This document shows, piece by piece, positions 8,413-17,671 of a stretch of DNA of 64,000 bases. The notes beneath the pieces are model-generated. The model ran no database searches, had not been told where the DNA came from, and saw nothing but the letters and a program-made list of their open reading frames with translations. The DNA is from an uncultured Solirubrobacterales bacterium (GTDB lineage: Bacteria; Actinomycetota; Thermoleophilia; Solirubrobacterales; 70-9): the NCBI GenBank assembly GCA_963707965.1, contig CAVPRR010000005.1, positions 28,255 through 92,254 of the forward strand, in the 5' to 3' direction. Position 1 is the stretch's first letter; each line of letters starts with the position of its first letter. The translations under genes were made by a program, and so were the position numbers.

Positions 8413-9308
8413 CGCTCCCCCTCCCCCTCCTCGCGGTAGTAGGTGAGGAAGACCTCCTCCAGGGTCGGGTGGGCCACCTCGAGATCGGCCACGGCGTGGC
8501 TGGCGATCGCCTTGACCACCGGGTCGAGGTCGCCGGCCACCTTGAAGGAGACACGGCCGTCCGCGACCGCCACGTCGCTCACACCGGGCACGCGGCGAAG
8601 CTCCTCCTCGCCAACCGGCTCGGCAAACTCCACGGAGACGTGGCGCTGCGTCTTGCCGAGCAGCTCGTCGATCCGCTCTACCGCGATCAGCCGCCCCTCG
8701 CGGATGATCCCAACCCGGTCGCAGACGCGCTCCACCTCGTCGAGCTCATGCGAGGAGAGGAAGACGGCGCAGCCGCGCTCGCGTTCCTCACGCACCAGCG
8801 CCAGGAACTCCTCCTGCATCAGGGGGTCGAGGCCGCTGGTCGGCTCGTCCAGGATCAGCAGCTCGGGCCGATGGAAGAGGGTCAGGATCAGGCCGACCTT
8901 CTGACGGTTGCCGCGCGAGAGCTCGCCGAGCGGGCGGTCGAGGTCGGCCCGGAAGCGACTCGCGAGCCGCTCCGCGCGGTCGAGGTCGGCGACACCCCGC
9001 AGGCTCGCCAGCAGGCCGAGGGCCTCGCGGCCGCTCGCCTTTCTGCCGTAGCCGAAATCGCCCGGCAGGTTGCCGAGGCGGGAACGGATCGCGACGCTGT
9101 CGCGGCGGCTGTCGAGGCCGAAGATGCGGGCGCTGCCGCGGGTCGGGTGCAGGAGGTCGAGCAGGGTGCGGATCGTCGTCGTCTTGCCGGCCCCGTTGGG
9201 ACCGAGGAAGCCGAACACCTCGCCCGGCTCGACCGCGAGAGTGACATCTTCGATGCCGCGCTCGGCCCCGTAGAACTTGGTCAGGCCCTCGGTCTCGATC
9301 GTCGCCAC
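8409..9308 (-). CDS. ABC transporter ATP-binding protein
   Basis: Walker A GPNGAGKTT, signature LSRGNRQKV, Walker B LLILDEPTSGLD. Start set at GTG (VATIETEGL); the longer ORF (to 9485) would run into the divergent ligase gene. Confidence 0.85.
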   Translation of the reverse strand: MATIETEGLTKFYGAERGIEDVTLAVEPGEVFGFLGPNGAGKTTTIRTLLDLLHPTRGSARIFGLDSRRDSVAIRSRLGNLPGDFGYGRKASGREALGLLASLRGVADLDRAERLASRFRADLDRPLGELSRGNRQKVGLILTLFHRPELLILDEPTSGLDPLMQEEFLALVREERERGCAVFLSSHELDEVERVCDRVGIIREGRLIAVERIDELLGKTQRHVSVEFAEPVGEEELRRVPGVSDVAVADGRVSFKVAGDLDPVVKAIASHAVADLEVAHPTLEEVFLTYYREEGEGER

Positions 9309-9390
9309 GCCGCCATCCTCGCACCGGAAGCGCCCTGCGAACTCCTCGGCACTCCCGGGCCCGATGCCCAGCGACCGCGGCCACCACGCG

Positions 9391-11403
9391 ATGGCCGATA
9401 ATCGGCCCGTGAGCGAGGGTCTCGACAGTCCCCTGTGGACGCCGCCGGCGGAGCTCGTCGAGCGGGCCCGGATGACCGGGTACATGCGCTGGCTCGAGAC
9501 CGAGCGTGGGCAGAGCTTCGACGGCTATCACGAGCTGTGGCGCTGGTCGGTCGATGACCTGGAGAGCTTCTGGTCGTCGATCTGGGACTTCTTCGAGGTG
9601 CAGGCCGACGGCGGTTTCGACCAGGTGCTCAGCGGCCACGAGATGCCGGGCGCCAGGTGGTTCGCCGGCGCGCGGCTCAACTACGCCGAGCACGTCTTCG
9701 CCGGCAAGGACGACGCCGACGCCGCGATCCTGCATGCCTCCGAGCTGCGCGAGCTGAGCGAGCTGAGCTGGGGAGAACTGCGCGTGCAGGTCGCGGCGAT
9801 CGCCGCCGGCCTTCGCGAGCTGGGCGTCGAGCGCGGCGACCGGGTGGTCGCCTACCTGCCGAACATCCCCGAGGCGATCGTCGCCTTCCTCGCCTCGGCA
9901 TCGATCGGCGCGACCTGGTCCAGCTGCTCGCCCGACTTCGGCGCGGCCAGCGTGATCGATCGCTTCGCGCAGATCGAACCCAAGGTGCTCTTTGCGGTCG
10001 ACGGCTACCGCTACGGCGGCAAGGACTTCGACCGCCGCGAGGTGGTCGCCGAGCTGCGAGCGGCGATGCCCAGCCTGCAGCACACGGTGGTCGTCCCCTA
10101 CCTGGACCCCGACCAGGATCGCGCACCGGCGGACAGCGCGAAACTGAGTGACACGATGAATTGGGAGGAGCTGATTGCAGCCGGCGAGGGCGCCGAGCTG
10201 CGCTTCGAGCGCGTCCCCTTCGACCACCCGCTCTGGGTCCTCTACTCCTCCGGCACCACCGGCCTGCCGAAAGCGATCGTCCAGGGCCAGGGGGGCATCC
10301 TGCTCGAGCACCTGAAGAAGCTCCACCTGCACGTCGACGCCCACCCCGGCGACCGCCTCTTCTGGTTCACCACAACCGGCTGGATGATGTGGAACTTCCT
10401 GGTCTCAGGACTGCTCACCCGCGCCGCGATCGTCCTCTACGACGGCAACCCCGGCCATCCCGACATGGGCGTCCTCTGGGACCTCGCCGAGCGAGCAGGC
10501 ATCACCATGTTCGGCACCAGCGCCTCATACATCGCGGCCTGCATGAAGGCCGGGGTCGAACCGAGCGTCGGGCGCGACCTGGGCGCTCTCAGGTCGGTCG
10601 GCTCAACCGGCTCTCCCCTCTCCCCCGAGGGTTTCGACTGGATCTACGAGCAGCTCGGCTCCGACACCTGGCTCTTCTCGACCAGCGGCGGCACCGACCT
10701 CTGCACCGCCTTCGTCGGCGGTGTGCCGCTGCTCCCCGTCTACCGCGGCGAGCTGCAGGGGCGAGCGCTGGGCGCCGCGATTGAGGCCTGGGACGAGGAC
10801 GGCAACGCCGTGATCGATCAGGTTGGGGAGCTGGTCGTCACCAGGCCGATGCCCTCAATGCCTGTCTTCTTCTGGGGCGACCCCGACGGCAGCCGCTATC
10901 GCGCCAGCTACTTCGAGCACTTCCCGGGGGTCTGGCGGCACGGCGACTGGATCGAGATCACCTCGCGCGGCACCGCCGTCATCTACGGCCGCTCCGACTC
11001 GACGATCAACCGGGCCGGCATCCGCATGGGGACGAGCGAGATCTACCGCGCCGTGCTCGGCATCGACGACGTGGTGGATGCGCTCGTGGTCGACACTCCG
11101 CGCCCCGGCACCGAGGGCTGGATGCCGCTCTTCGTCGTGCTCCGCGATGGCGCTGAGCTCGACGACGATCTGCGCCGGGAGATCGCACGCCGCGTTCGCC
11201 GGCAGTGCTCGCCCCGCCATGTCCCCGACGAGGTGTTCCAGATTGCGGAGGTCCCGCGCACCCTGAGCGGCAAGGCGCTGGAGGTGCCGGTGAAGCGCAT
11301 CCTGATGGGAACCCCGGCCGAGCAGGCGGCCAGCCGGGACTCGCTTGCGAACCCTGCCGCGCTCGACTGGTTCGTCGAGCTGGCGGGCGGCCTGGACACC
11401 TGA
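9391..11403 (+). CDS. acetoacetyl-CoA synthetase (acetoacetate-CoA ligase)
   Basis: AMP-binding motif YSSGTTGLPK. The N-terminal LWTPP...MTGYMRWLE region and 670-aa length are typical for this subfamily. Start at MADNRPV. Confidence 0.8.
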   Translation: MADNRPVSEGLDSPLWTPPAELVERARMTGYMRWLETERGQSFDGYHELWRWSVDDLESFWSSIWDFFEVQADGGFDQVLSGHEMPGARWFAGARLNYAEHVFAGKDDADAAILHASELRELSELSWGELRVQVAAIAAGLRELGVERGDRVVAYLPNIPEAIVAFLASASIGATWSSCSPDFGAASVIDRFAQIEPKVLFAVDGYRYGGKDFDRREVVAELRAAMPSLQHTVVVPYLDPDQDRAPADSAKLSDTMNWEELIAAGEGAELRFERVPFDHPLWVLYSSGTTGLPKAIVQGQGGILLEHLKKLHLHVDAHPGDRLFWFTTTGWMMWNFLVSGLLTRAAIVLYDGNPGHPDMGVLWDLAERAGITMFGTSASYIAACMKAGVEPSVGRDLGALRSVGSTGSPLSPEGFDWIYEQLGSDTWLFSTSGGTDLCTAFVGGVPLLPVYRGELQGRALGAAIEAWDEDGNAVIDQVGELVVTRPMPSMPVFFWGDPDGSRYRASYFEHFPGVWRHGDWIEITSRGTAVIYGRSDSTINRAGIRMGTSEIYRAVLGIDDVVDALVVDTPRPGTEGWMPLFVVLRDGAELDDDLRREIARRVRRQCSPRHVPDEVFQIAEVPRTLSGKALEVPVKRILMGTPAEQAASRDSLANPAALDWFVELAGGLDT

Positions 11404-11481
11404 TCGGACTCAAGCTGTTGGCAGCCCCCGCGGTCGGCTGCGGGCGTTGGCGAGCGCTCCACCAACCGCACGGCATTCCTC

Positions 11482-11898
11482 TCAGCTGAGGACCTGCACC
11501 ACGACGGTCCGCTCCCGCGGCCGGTCGTCGAAGTCGAGCAGCACCAGCTGCTGCCAGGTGCCGAGCGCGAGGCGGCCGCCCAGGACCGGCACCGCCTCGG
11601 AGGAGCCCACCACCGAGGCCCGCTGGTGGGCGTGGGAATTGGTGTCGTGGTTGAGACGGTTGTGCTCGTAGTCCCCGCTGGCTGGGACGAGTCGCTCCAG
11701 CATCTCCCTGAGGTCGTGGACGCCGCCGGGCTCGAACTCCATCGTGGCGATCGCCGCCGTCGAACCCCGTACGAAGACGAGCGCCTGCGCCTCCTCGGCG
11801 CCAGCCCCCTCGACCACTCGCTGGACCTCCGCAGTGATGTCGAGGACGTCGGTGTCGCCCTCAGTGGAGAACCGCAGCTCCGCAGTATGGACCGCCAT
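11482..11898 (-). CDS. yjbQ: YjbQ/UPF0047 family protein (secondary thiamine-phosphate synthase)
   Basis: The product has ...DITAEV...VFVRGSTAAI...GDYEHN...NSHAH...LALGTWQQLVLLDFD, a full-length family pattern. Start at MAVHTAEL. Confidence 0.8.
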   Translation of the reverse strand: MAVHTAELRFSTEGDTDVLDITAEVQRVVEGAGAEEAQALVFVRGSTAAIATMEFEPGGVHDLREMLERLVPASGDYEHNRLNHDTNSHAHQRASVVGSSEAVPVLGGRLALGTWQQLVLLDFDDRPRERTVVVQVLS

Positions 11899-11969
11899 GG
11901 CGGCGAAGTTACCGAAGGCAGCGCGCAACCGGCGGTGGGACCCACGGGCCCCGAGCGGGGCGGTGGGGG

Positions 11970-12707
11970 CTACGGCGTCCGGCGCCGCAGGGTCGCGGCA
12001 CCGAGCGCCAGCAGCAGAACGATCGACGTGGCGACCACCACAACGTCAAGCGCCCCCCGCGCCCCGAGCGAGCCATCCGTCGTGACCCGGTCGAGCGCAT
12101 CGAAGGCGTAGGTCAGCGGCATCGCGGCGGAGGCGACCTGGAGTACCTCCGCCATCTGGTCGCGGGCGACGAACAGACCGCAAAGGAGGAGCTGCGGAAA
12201 GACGATCGCCGGCATGAACTGCACCGCCTGGAACTCCGTCCTGGCGAAGGCGCTGACGAACAGACCGAGCGACATTCCGAGCAGGGCATTGCCGACCGCG
12301 AGCGCGACGACCACGGCGGTCGAGCCGGCCACGTTCAGCCCCAGGGGGCCGAAAGCCACGGCGGCGGCGATCAGCGCCTGCAGGATGCCGACCAGCGCGA
12401 AGGCGATTCCGTAGCCGAACAGCAGGTCCAGCTTTGCCAGAGGCAGCGTCATCAGCCGCTCCAGCGTCCCCGTCGTCCGCTCCCGCAGCATCGTGATCGA
12501 GGTGACGACGAACATCGTGCTGAACGGGAAGAGCCCGACCAGCGGTCCGCCCACCTGCTGGAAGGCCGCCGGGTCCTGGTCGAAGGCGCCGCGCAGCAGG
12601 GTCAGCAGGAACGGCGAGACGCCGAGCATCAGCACAACCGTCCGGGGATCGCGGCGGAGCTGGGTGAGCACCCGCACCGCGACTGCCGAGGTGACCCGCG
12701 GGCTCAA
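11970..12707 (-). CDS. ABC-2 type transporter permease
   Basis: 245-aa ORF with six hydrophobic segments; 4-nt overlap with the upstream ATPase gene. Confidence 0.8.
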   Translation of the reverse strand: MSPRVTSAVAVRVLTQLRRDPRTVVLMLGVSPFLLTLLRGAFDQDPAAFQQVGGPLVGLFPFSTMFVVTSITMLRERTTGTLERLMTLPLAKLDLLFGYGIAFALVGILQALIAAAVAFGPLGLNVAGSTAVVVALAVGNALLGMSLGLFVSAFARTEFQAVQFMPAIVFPQLLLCGLFVARDQMAEVLQVASAAMPLTYAFDALDRVTTDGSLGARGALDVVVVATSIVLLLALGAATLRRRTP

Positions 12708-13423
12708 GCCTCAGCCTCCGCTTCGATCAGCGCAAGAAACGCCTCGTCGAGCTGCTGGCGGCCGGTGCGCCGGCGCAGGCCGTCGGGGCTCTCGGTGGCG
12801 AGCAGGCGCCCCTCGCGCATGAGGAGGAGCTCGTCACAATGCTCCGCCTCCTCCATCACGTGACTGGAGACCAGCAGCGTGGCACCGGTGGCGGCCAGCT
12901 CGGCGAACGTCGCCCAGAGATCGCGGCGCAGCACCGGGTCAAGGCCCACGGTCGGCTCGTCCAGGACCAGCACCTCCGGCTCGCCGAGCATTGCGGTGGC
13001 GAGCGAGACCCGCGCGCGCTGGCCGCCCGAGAGGTTGGAGACGATCCGGTCGGCGTGGGGCTCGAGCGCGACCGTCTCGATCACCTGATCGGTGCGATCC
13101 TGGCCCACGCCGAGCACCCGTCCGAAGAAGTGGAGGTTCTCGCGCACGGTCAGGTCGCCGTAGACCGAGGGGGCCTGCGTCAGATATCCGGCCCGCGGGC
13201 GCAGCGACCGCGACCCCGCCGGCTCGCCGAGAACCGCGACCCGCCCCGACTCGACGATCTGCACTCCGACGATCGCGCGCATCAGGGTGCTCTTGCCGCA
13301 ACCGCTCGGGCCGAGCAGGCCCGTCACCCTGCCGCGCGCAACCGAGAAGGAGAGACCGTGCAGCACCTCTGTTCCGCCCCGCCGGACGCGGAGCCCCTCC
13401 ACCGCTATCGCCGGGACACTCAA
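12704..13423 (-). CDS. ABC transporter ATP-binding protein
   Basis: Walker A GPSGCGKST, signature LSGGQRARV, Walker B VLVLDEPTVGLD. Confidence 0.9.
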   Translation of the reverse strand: MSVPAIAVEGLRVRRGGTEVLHGLSFSVARGRVTGLLGPSGCGKSTLMRAIVGVQIVESGRVAVLGEPAGSRSLRPRAGYLTQAPSVYGDLTVRENLHFFGRVLGVGQDRTDQVIETVALEPHADRIVSNLSGGQRARVSLATAMLGEPEVLVLDEPTVGLDPVLRRDLWATFAELAATGATLLVSSHVMEEAEHCDELLLMREGRLLATESPDGLRRRTGRQQLDEAFLALIEAEAEA

Positions 13424-13425
13424 CG

Positions 13426-14946
13426 CTACGCGGGAGTGATCGGGTTACGGCGCCTGGCGAAGGAGCGGTCCTTGCTCGCCGCCAGCGCAAAGCGGCGGGT
13501 CAGCTCGGCCCGCAGGTCCGCGGGCTGCACCACGGCATCGACGACCAGCTCCGAGGCAAGGTGGAGGATGTCGATGTCGGCCGCGTACTCCTCCCGCTTC
13601 TGCGCGACGAACGCCTCGCGCTCCGCCTCGTCGGAGATCGCCTGGATCTGGTTGTAGAAGACCGCGTTGATCGCCGCCTGGGGGCCCATCACGGCGATCG
13701 AGGCGCTCGGTAGGGCGATACAGCAGTCGGGCTCGAAGGCCGGCCCCGCCATCGCATAAAGGCCGGCGCCGTAGGCCTTGCGAACGATCACCGAGAGCTT
13801 CGGCACCGTCGCTTCGGAGACGGCGCTGATCATCTTTGCCCCGTGGCGGATGATCCCCTGGCGCTCGACCGCCGTGCCGATCATGAAACCGGGCACGTCG
13901 GCAAGGAAGAGCAGCGGCACGTTGAAGGCGTTGCACGTCTGGATGAAGCGCGCTGCCTTGTCGGCCGAGTCGACGAAGAGCACGCCGCCTTTTTGCCTGG
14001 GCTGGTTGGCGACGACGCCGACGACGCGCCCGTCGAGCCGTGCGTAGCCGACAATCAGCTCTTTCGCCCAGCGCCGCTGGACCTCGAGCAGGCTGTCCGC
14101 ATCGAGCAGCGCCTCGAGCACCTCTCGCATGTCGAACGGCAGGTTCTCGTCGGCCGGGACGATCTCCTCGATCGCCGCTTCGGAGGCCGGCGCCACAGCG
14201 GCGGCAGCCGGTGGCTCCTCGCGCCAGCTCCCAGGCATGAAGGAGAGGTAGCGCCTCGCCAGCTCGATCGCCTCCTCGTCGCTCTTGACCAGGAAGTGGC
14301 CGCAACCGGAGACACCGGTGTGCATCTTCGCCCCGCCCATCTCCTCCAGCGTCACCTTCTCGCCGATCACCATCTCGGCCATCCGCGGCGACCCCAGGTA
14401 CATCGAGGCGTTGCCCTCGCGCATGATCACGACGTCGCAGAAGGCCGGGATGTAGGCGCCGCCGGCGGCGCTCGGCCCGAGCAGCAGGCAGACCTGCGGA
14501 ACCTGGCCGGAGAGGCGCACCTCGTTGTGGAAGATCCGCCCGGCGCCGCGCCGGCCGGGGAACATCTGAACCTGGTCGGTGATCCGCGCTCCCGCCGAGT
14601 CGACCAGGTAGACCATCGGGACCTGGAGCGCCAGCGCCCGTTCCTGGACGCGAAGGATCTTCTCTACCGTCTTCGCCCCCCACGAGCCCGCCTTCACGGT
14701 CGGGTCGTTCGCCATCAACGCCACGCGGCGGCCGTCGATCCTCGCCAGCCCGGTGAGGACCCCGTCGGCGCCCAGCCCCTCCTCCTGCCAGTTGGCCAGC
14801 AGCGCCTCCTCGGCAAAGGAACCTGGGTCGACCAGGCGCTCCACCCGCTCGCGCACCGGCAGCTTGCCCTGCTCCGCCGTCTTCTCGTGATGGCGCCGGG
14901 GACCGCCGGAGAGGGCGGCGTCGAGGGCGGGTTGGATATCGGTCAC
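13426..14946 (-). CDS. acyl-CoA carboxylase carboxyltransferase (beta) subunit, likely methylcrotonyl-CoA carboxylase type
   Basis: AccD/PccB/MccB-family pattern over the full length (GKLPVRERVERLVDPGSF..., two crotonase-like halves). Start set at GTG (VTDIQPAL); the ORF is open to 15024. The subtype is guessed from the neighbouring HMG-CoA lyase. Confidence 0.8.
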   Translation of the reverse strand: MTDIQPALDAALSGGPRRHHEKTAEQGKLPVRERVERLVDPGSFAEEALLANWQEEGLGADGVLTGLARIDGRRVALMANDPTVKAGSWGAKTVEKILRVQERALALQVPMVYLVDSAGARITDQVQMFPGRRGAGRIFHNEVRLSGQVPQVCLLLGPSAAGGAYIPAFCDVVIMREGNASMYLGSPRMAEMVIGEKVTLEEMGGAKMHTGVSGCGHFLVKSDEEAIELARRYLSFMPGSWREEPPAAAAVAPASEAAIEEIVPADENLPFDMREVLEALLDADSLLEVQRRWAKELIVGYARLDGRVVGVVANQPRQKGGVLFVDSADKAARFIQTCNAFNVPLLFLADVPGFMIGTAVERQGIIRHGAKMISAVSEATVPKLSVIVRKAYGAGLYAMAGPAFEPDCCIALPSASIAVMGPQAAINAVFYNQIQAISDEAEREAFVAQKREEYAADIDILHLASELVVDAVVQPADLRAELTRRFALAASKDRSFARRRNPITPA

Positions 14947-14959
14947 GGCGACGGTGAGC

Positions 14960-15128
14960 CTAAATGGTTGATTCCACGGCCGCGTGTGACTGGGGGCGTG
15001 CGTGGCCAAGCAGATCGAGGACACAGGGCGCAGCCTTTGGTGGTGCCAAAGGTAAGCCCGAGGACGCAGAGATGCGCAGTGCCACGTGCGTCATCCAGGC
15101 GTGCGGGGTCGTGGAATCAACCATCTAG
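14960..15128. repeat. 169-bp intergenic element bounded by 19-bp inverted repeats (MITE-like or structured 5' leader)
   Basis: CTAAATGGTTGATTCCACG (14960..14978) pairs with CGTGGAATCAACCATCTAG (15110..15128), with 1 mismatch. Internal hairpins include CCTTTGG..CCAAAGG and GACGCA..TGCGTC. Confidence 0.6.
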
Positions 15129-15134
15129 AGGCCT

Positions 15135-15512
15135 CTAGCCCGAGGTGACGCCGAGGCGGCGGCCCATCTCCTCGGCGAGAGCGTTGAGGCCGCTGAGCGG
15201 GCGGATCATCACCATCATCTCCGCGATCAGGCCATCGTCGCCGAAGCGCAGCACGTCCACGCCGTGGAGCTGCCGCTCCCCGACCCGCGCCTCGAAGACG
15301 AGGACCGCGGTTCCCCCGGTCTCGACCTGATCGACGTACCGAAAGCCCTCGAAGACCTCGGCCACCGCCCCGAGCAGCACTCTCAAGGCGTCGAGCCCGC
15401 TGTAGGGCTTGAACACTGCGGGACTGAGAAAGACGACCTCAGGGGAGAAGAGCTCCTCGAGCTTCGAGAAGTCCTTCGACTCGGCGGCGCGTCGGAACGG
15501 ATCGCTCTTCAT
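15135..15512 (-). CDS. SnoaL-like / NTF2 superfamily protein
   Basis: Start at MKSDPF. The 125-aa product has an alpha+beta barrel-type pattern (FSPEVVFLSPA...FEARVG...GVDVLRFGDDGLI). Confidence 0.6.
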   Translation of the reverse strand: MKSDPFRRAAESKDFSKLEELFSPEVVFLSPAVFKPYSGLDALRVLLGAVAEVFEGFRYVDQVETGGTAVLVFEARVGERQLHGVDVLRFGDDGLIAEMMVMIRPLSGLNALAEEMGRRLGVTSG

Positions 15513-15564
15513 CGACCCGAGCCTACTGGCATGGCCACCCGGCGAGAGCCCGCCCGCCCGGGAT

Positions 15565-16503
15565 CTAACCTCCTCCGCCCCACTCTCCTCCGCCCCACTC
15601 GATCGGGCCCGCGCGCAACACATGGGCACCGAGCGGGCGGCCCAGAACCTCCTGGGCGGCGCGCGAGGCCTCGATCAGCTGCGCCAGGTCGATCCCGGTC
15701 TCAACCCCCATCTCATGCAGCATCGAGACGACGTCCTCGCTGGAGACGTTGCCGGTCGAGCCGGGCGGCACCGGGCAACCGCCGAGCTCGCCGAAGCTCG
15801 ACTCGAAGGACTCGATCCCCTCCTCCAGCGCCGCCACCACGTTGGCAAGCCCCTGGCCGCGCGTGTTGTGGAAGTGAGCGGTCAGCTCCACCCGGTCGAG
15901 GCGCTCACGGGCAGCGGCGAAGAACTCGTGCACCTGGCGCGGGTTCGCCATCCCCGTGGTGTCGCCGAAGCCGACCTCCGCACAGCCGGCGCCGGCCAAC
16001 CGCTCGGCGATCTCGAAGACGCGCTCGGGCGGCACCTCGCCCTCGTATGGACAGCCGAAGGAGGTGGCGATCACCCCCTCGCAGCGCAGCCCGGCCTCGC
16101 GCGCCGAAGCCAAGGTCAACTCCAACCCGGCGAGCGACTCCTCGATGGAGCGATTGACGTTCTTGCGGTTGTGCGTCTCCGAGGCGGAGAGGAAGACGCT
16201 CACCTCATCGAAGCGGTCGCGCAGGCGCAGCGCCCGCTCCAGCCCCCGCTCGTTGGGGATCAGAACCGAGAAGGCGACGCCGTCCGGGCGCCGCACGGCG
16301 GCCAGCACCTCCTCGGCGTCGGCGAGTTGGGGAATCACGTCAGGCCGCACGAAGGAGGTGATCTCCAGTCGCCGCAGGCCGCTGGCCGAGAGCATGTCGA
16401 TCAGCCGCACCTTCTCGGCGGTGGAAATCGTCTCGGGCTCGTTCTGGAAGCCATCTCGAGGCCCAACCTCGCGGATCCGCACCGTGCTGGGAAGTGAGGC
16501 CAT
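15565..16503 (-). CDS. hydroxymethylglutaryl-CoA lyase
   Basis: VRIREVGPRDGFQNE N-terminal motif and a TIM-barrel DRE-type pattern over 312 aa. Confidence 0.9.
   Translation of the reverse strand: MASLPSTVRIREVGPRDGFQNEPETISTAEKVRLIDMLSASGLRRLEITSFVRPDVIPQLADAEEVLAAVRRPDGVAFSVLIPNERGLERALRLRDRFDEVSVFLSASETHNRKNVNRSIEESLAGLELTLASAREAGLRCEGVIATSFGCPYEGEVPPERVFEIAERLAGAGCAEVGFGDTTGMANPRQVHEFFAAARERLDRVELTAHFHNTRGQGLANVVAALEEGIESFESSFGELGGCPVPPGSTGNVSSEDVVSMLHEMGVETGIDLAQLIEASRAAQEVLGRPLGAHVLRAGPIEWGGGEWGGGG
15571..15600. repeat. perfect 15-bp tandem duplication inside the 3' end of the HMG-CoA lyase gene
   Basis: TCCTCCGCCCCACTC occurs twice in tandem, encoding the C-terminal EWGGGEWGGGG. Confidence 0.9.
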
Positions 16504-16514
16504 GCCCCTCGAGA

Positions 16515-16910
16515 CTACGCCGCCGGCGGACCCATGTGACCGACCCCCACTACGCGGCGCTCGTGGGTGCCGACCCCGATCGTCCGCTCCCCTTCGGAGA
16601 CCTCGACATCGAAGCGAAGCTTGCGACCGTCGACGATCTCGCGCAGCGTCGCGCGCACCTGGCAGGTCGCGCCCTCCGCCGCGGCCGCCACATGCTTGAC
16701 GCAGACTTCGAAGCCGACGGTGGCCCGGCCCTCGGGCAGGTGCTCATAGGCGAGCGCAGCAGCGGTGCCCTCCATCATCGCGATCATCCCCGGCGTCGAG
16801 AGAACACTGGCGCCAATCGTGCCGCCGACGTCCGTCAGGAGCGGGCCCTCGACGGTGAACTCGTTGCTGCGCTCGATCCCCGGCGCCAGCGTCTGCTCGG
16901 GCTCAGCCAT
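16515..16910 (-). CDS. hotdog-fold thioesterase
   Basis: 131-aa product MAEPEQ...; its pattern resembles the fluoroacetyl-CoA-thioesterase-like family (STPGMIAMMEGTAA...GFEVCVKH...). The start overlaps the SDR stop (ATGA). Confidence 0.7.
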   Translation of the reverse strand: MAEPEQTLAPGIERSNEFTVEGPLLTDVGGTIGASVLSTPGMIAMMEGTAAALAYEHLPEGRATVGFEVCVKHVAAAAEGATCQVRATLREIVDGRKLRFDVEVSEGERTIGVGTHERRVVGVGHMGPPAA

Positions 16911-17644
16911 CAGACCATGCCCAGGCCGCCGCTCACGCCCAGGGTCTCGCCGGTCACGTATGTCGCGTCGTCGGAGGCGAGAAATGCGGCTGCCGCCGCC
17001 ACCTCCTCCGGCTGCCCCAGGCGCTTCATCTGCGTCGCCTCTTTCATCGTCTCGATCACCCGCTCGCCGATCTCGCCGAACTCCTTGGCGCCCATCAGCA
17101 GCGGTGTCTCGATCGGGCCGGGGGCGATCGAGTTGGCGGTGATCCCGTAACGGGCGTTCTCGCGCGCTATTGCCTTCATGAAGGCCACGATCCCACCCTT
17201 CGCCGCGGAGTAGACGGCGGAGCCCTTCGAGCCCACGCGGCCCGCCTCCGAGGAGATGCTGACGATCCGCCCATAGCCCAGCTCCTGCATGACCGGCAGC
17301 ACCGCGTGCGTGCAGTTGAGGACGCCGCCGAGGTTGACCGCAATCACCCGCTCCCACTGCTCGGGGGTCGTGTAGGTGAAGAACCCGAACTCGTCGGTAC
17401 CGGCATTGTTGACGAGGATGTTGAGCGTTCCAGCCGCTTCGACAGCCGCCCGTGCGGACCTCGGGTCGGTGACGTCGAGCTCCACCGCGTGGCCGGCGAT
17501 CTCCCCGGCAACTCGATTGGCTCCCTCGATGTCGATGTCGCCCACCCACACCTCGGCGCCCTCGGCGGCAAGCCGCGCCGCGATCGCCGCGCCGATCCCA
17601 CCGGCGCCGCCGGTTACCAGTGCCCTTCGCCCCTCGAACCTCAT
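16910..17644 (-). CDS. SDR family oxidoreductase (FabG-like)
   Basis: TGGAGGIGAA cofactor motif, NNAG, catalytic YSAAK. These are the last 244 codons of the 924-aa ORF 16910..19684. Confidence 0.9.
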   Translation of the reverse strand: MRFEGRRALVTGGAGGIGAAIAARLAAEGAEVWVGDIDIEGANRVAGEIAGHAVELDVTDPRSARAAVEAAGTLNILVNNAGTDEFGFFTYTTPEQWERVIAVNLGGVLNCTHAVLPVMQELGYGRIVSISSEAGRVGSKGSAVYSAAKGGIVAFMKAIARENARYGITANSIAPGPIETPLLMGAKEFGEIGERVIETMKEATQMKRLGQPEEVAAAAAFLASDDATYVTGETLGVSGGLGMV

Positions 17645-17671
17645 CGGCGCTGAGCATAGACTGGCGCCGGA

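Noticed and set aside
8788-10344. 518-aa minus-strand ORF
   Set aside because: It is antisense to the acetoacetyl-CoA synthetase gene, whose frame carries the AMP-binding motifs. No recognisable domain.
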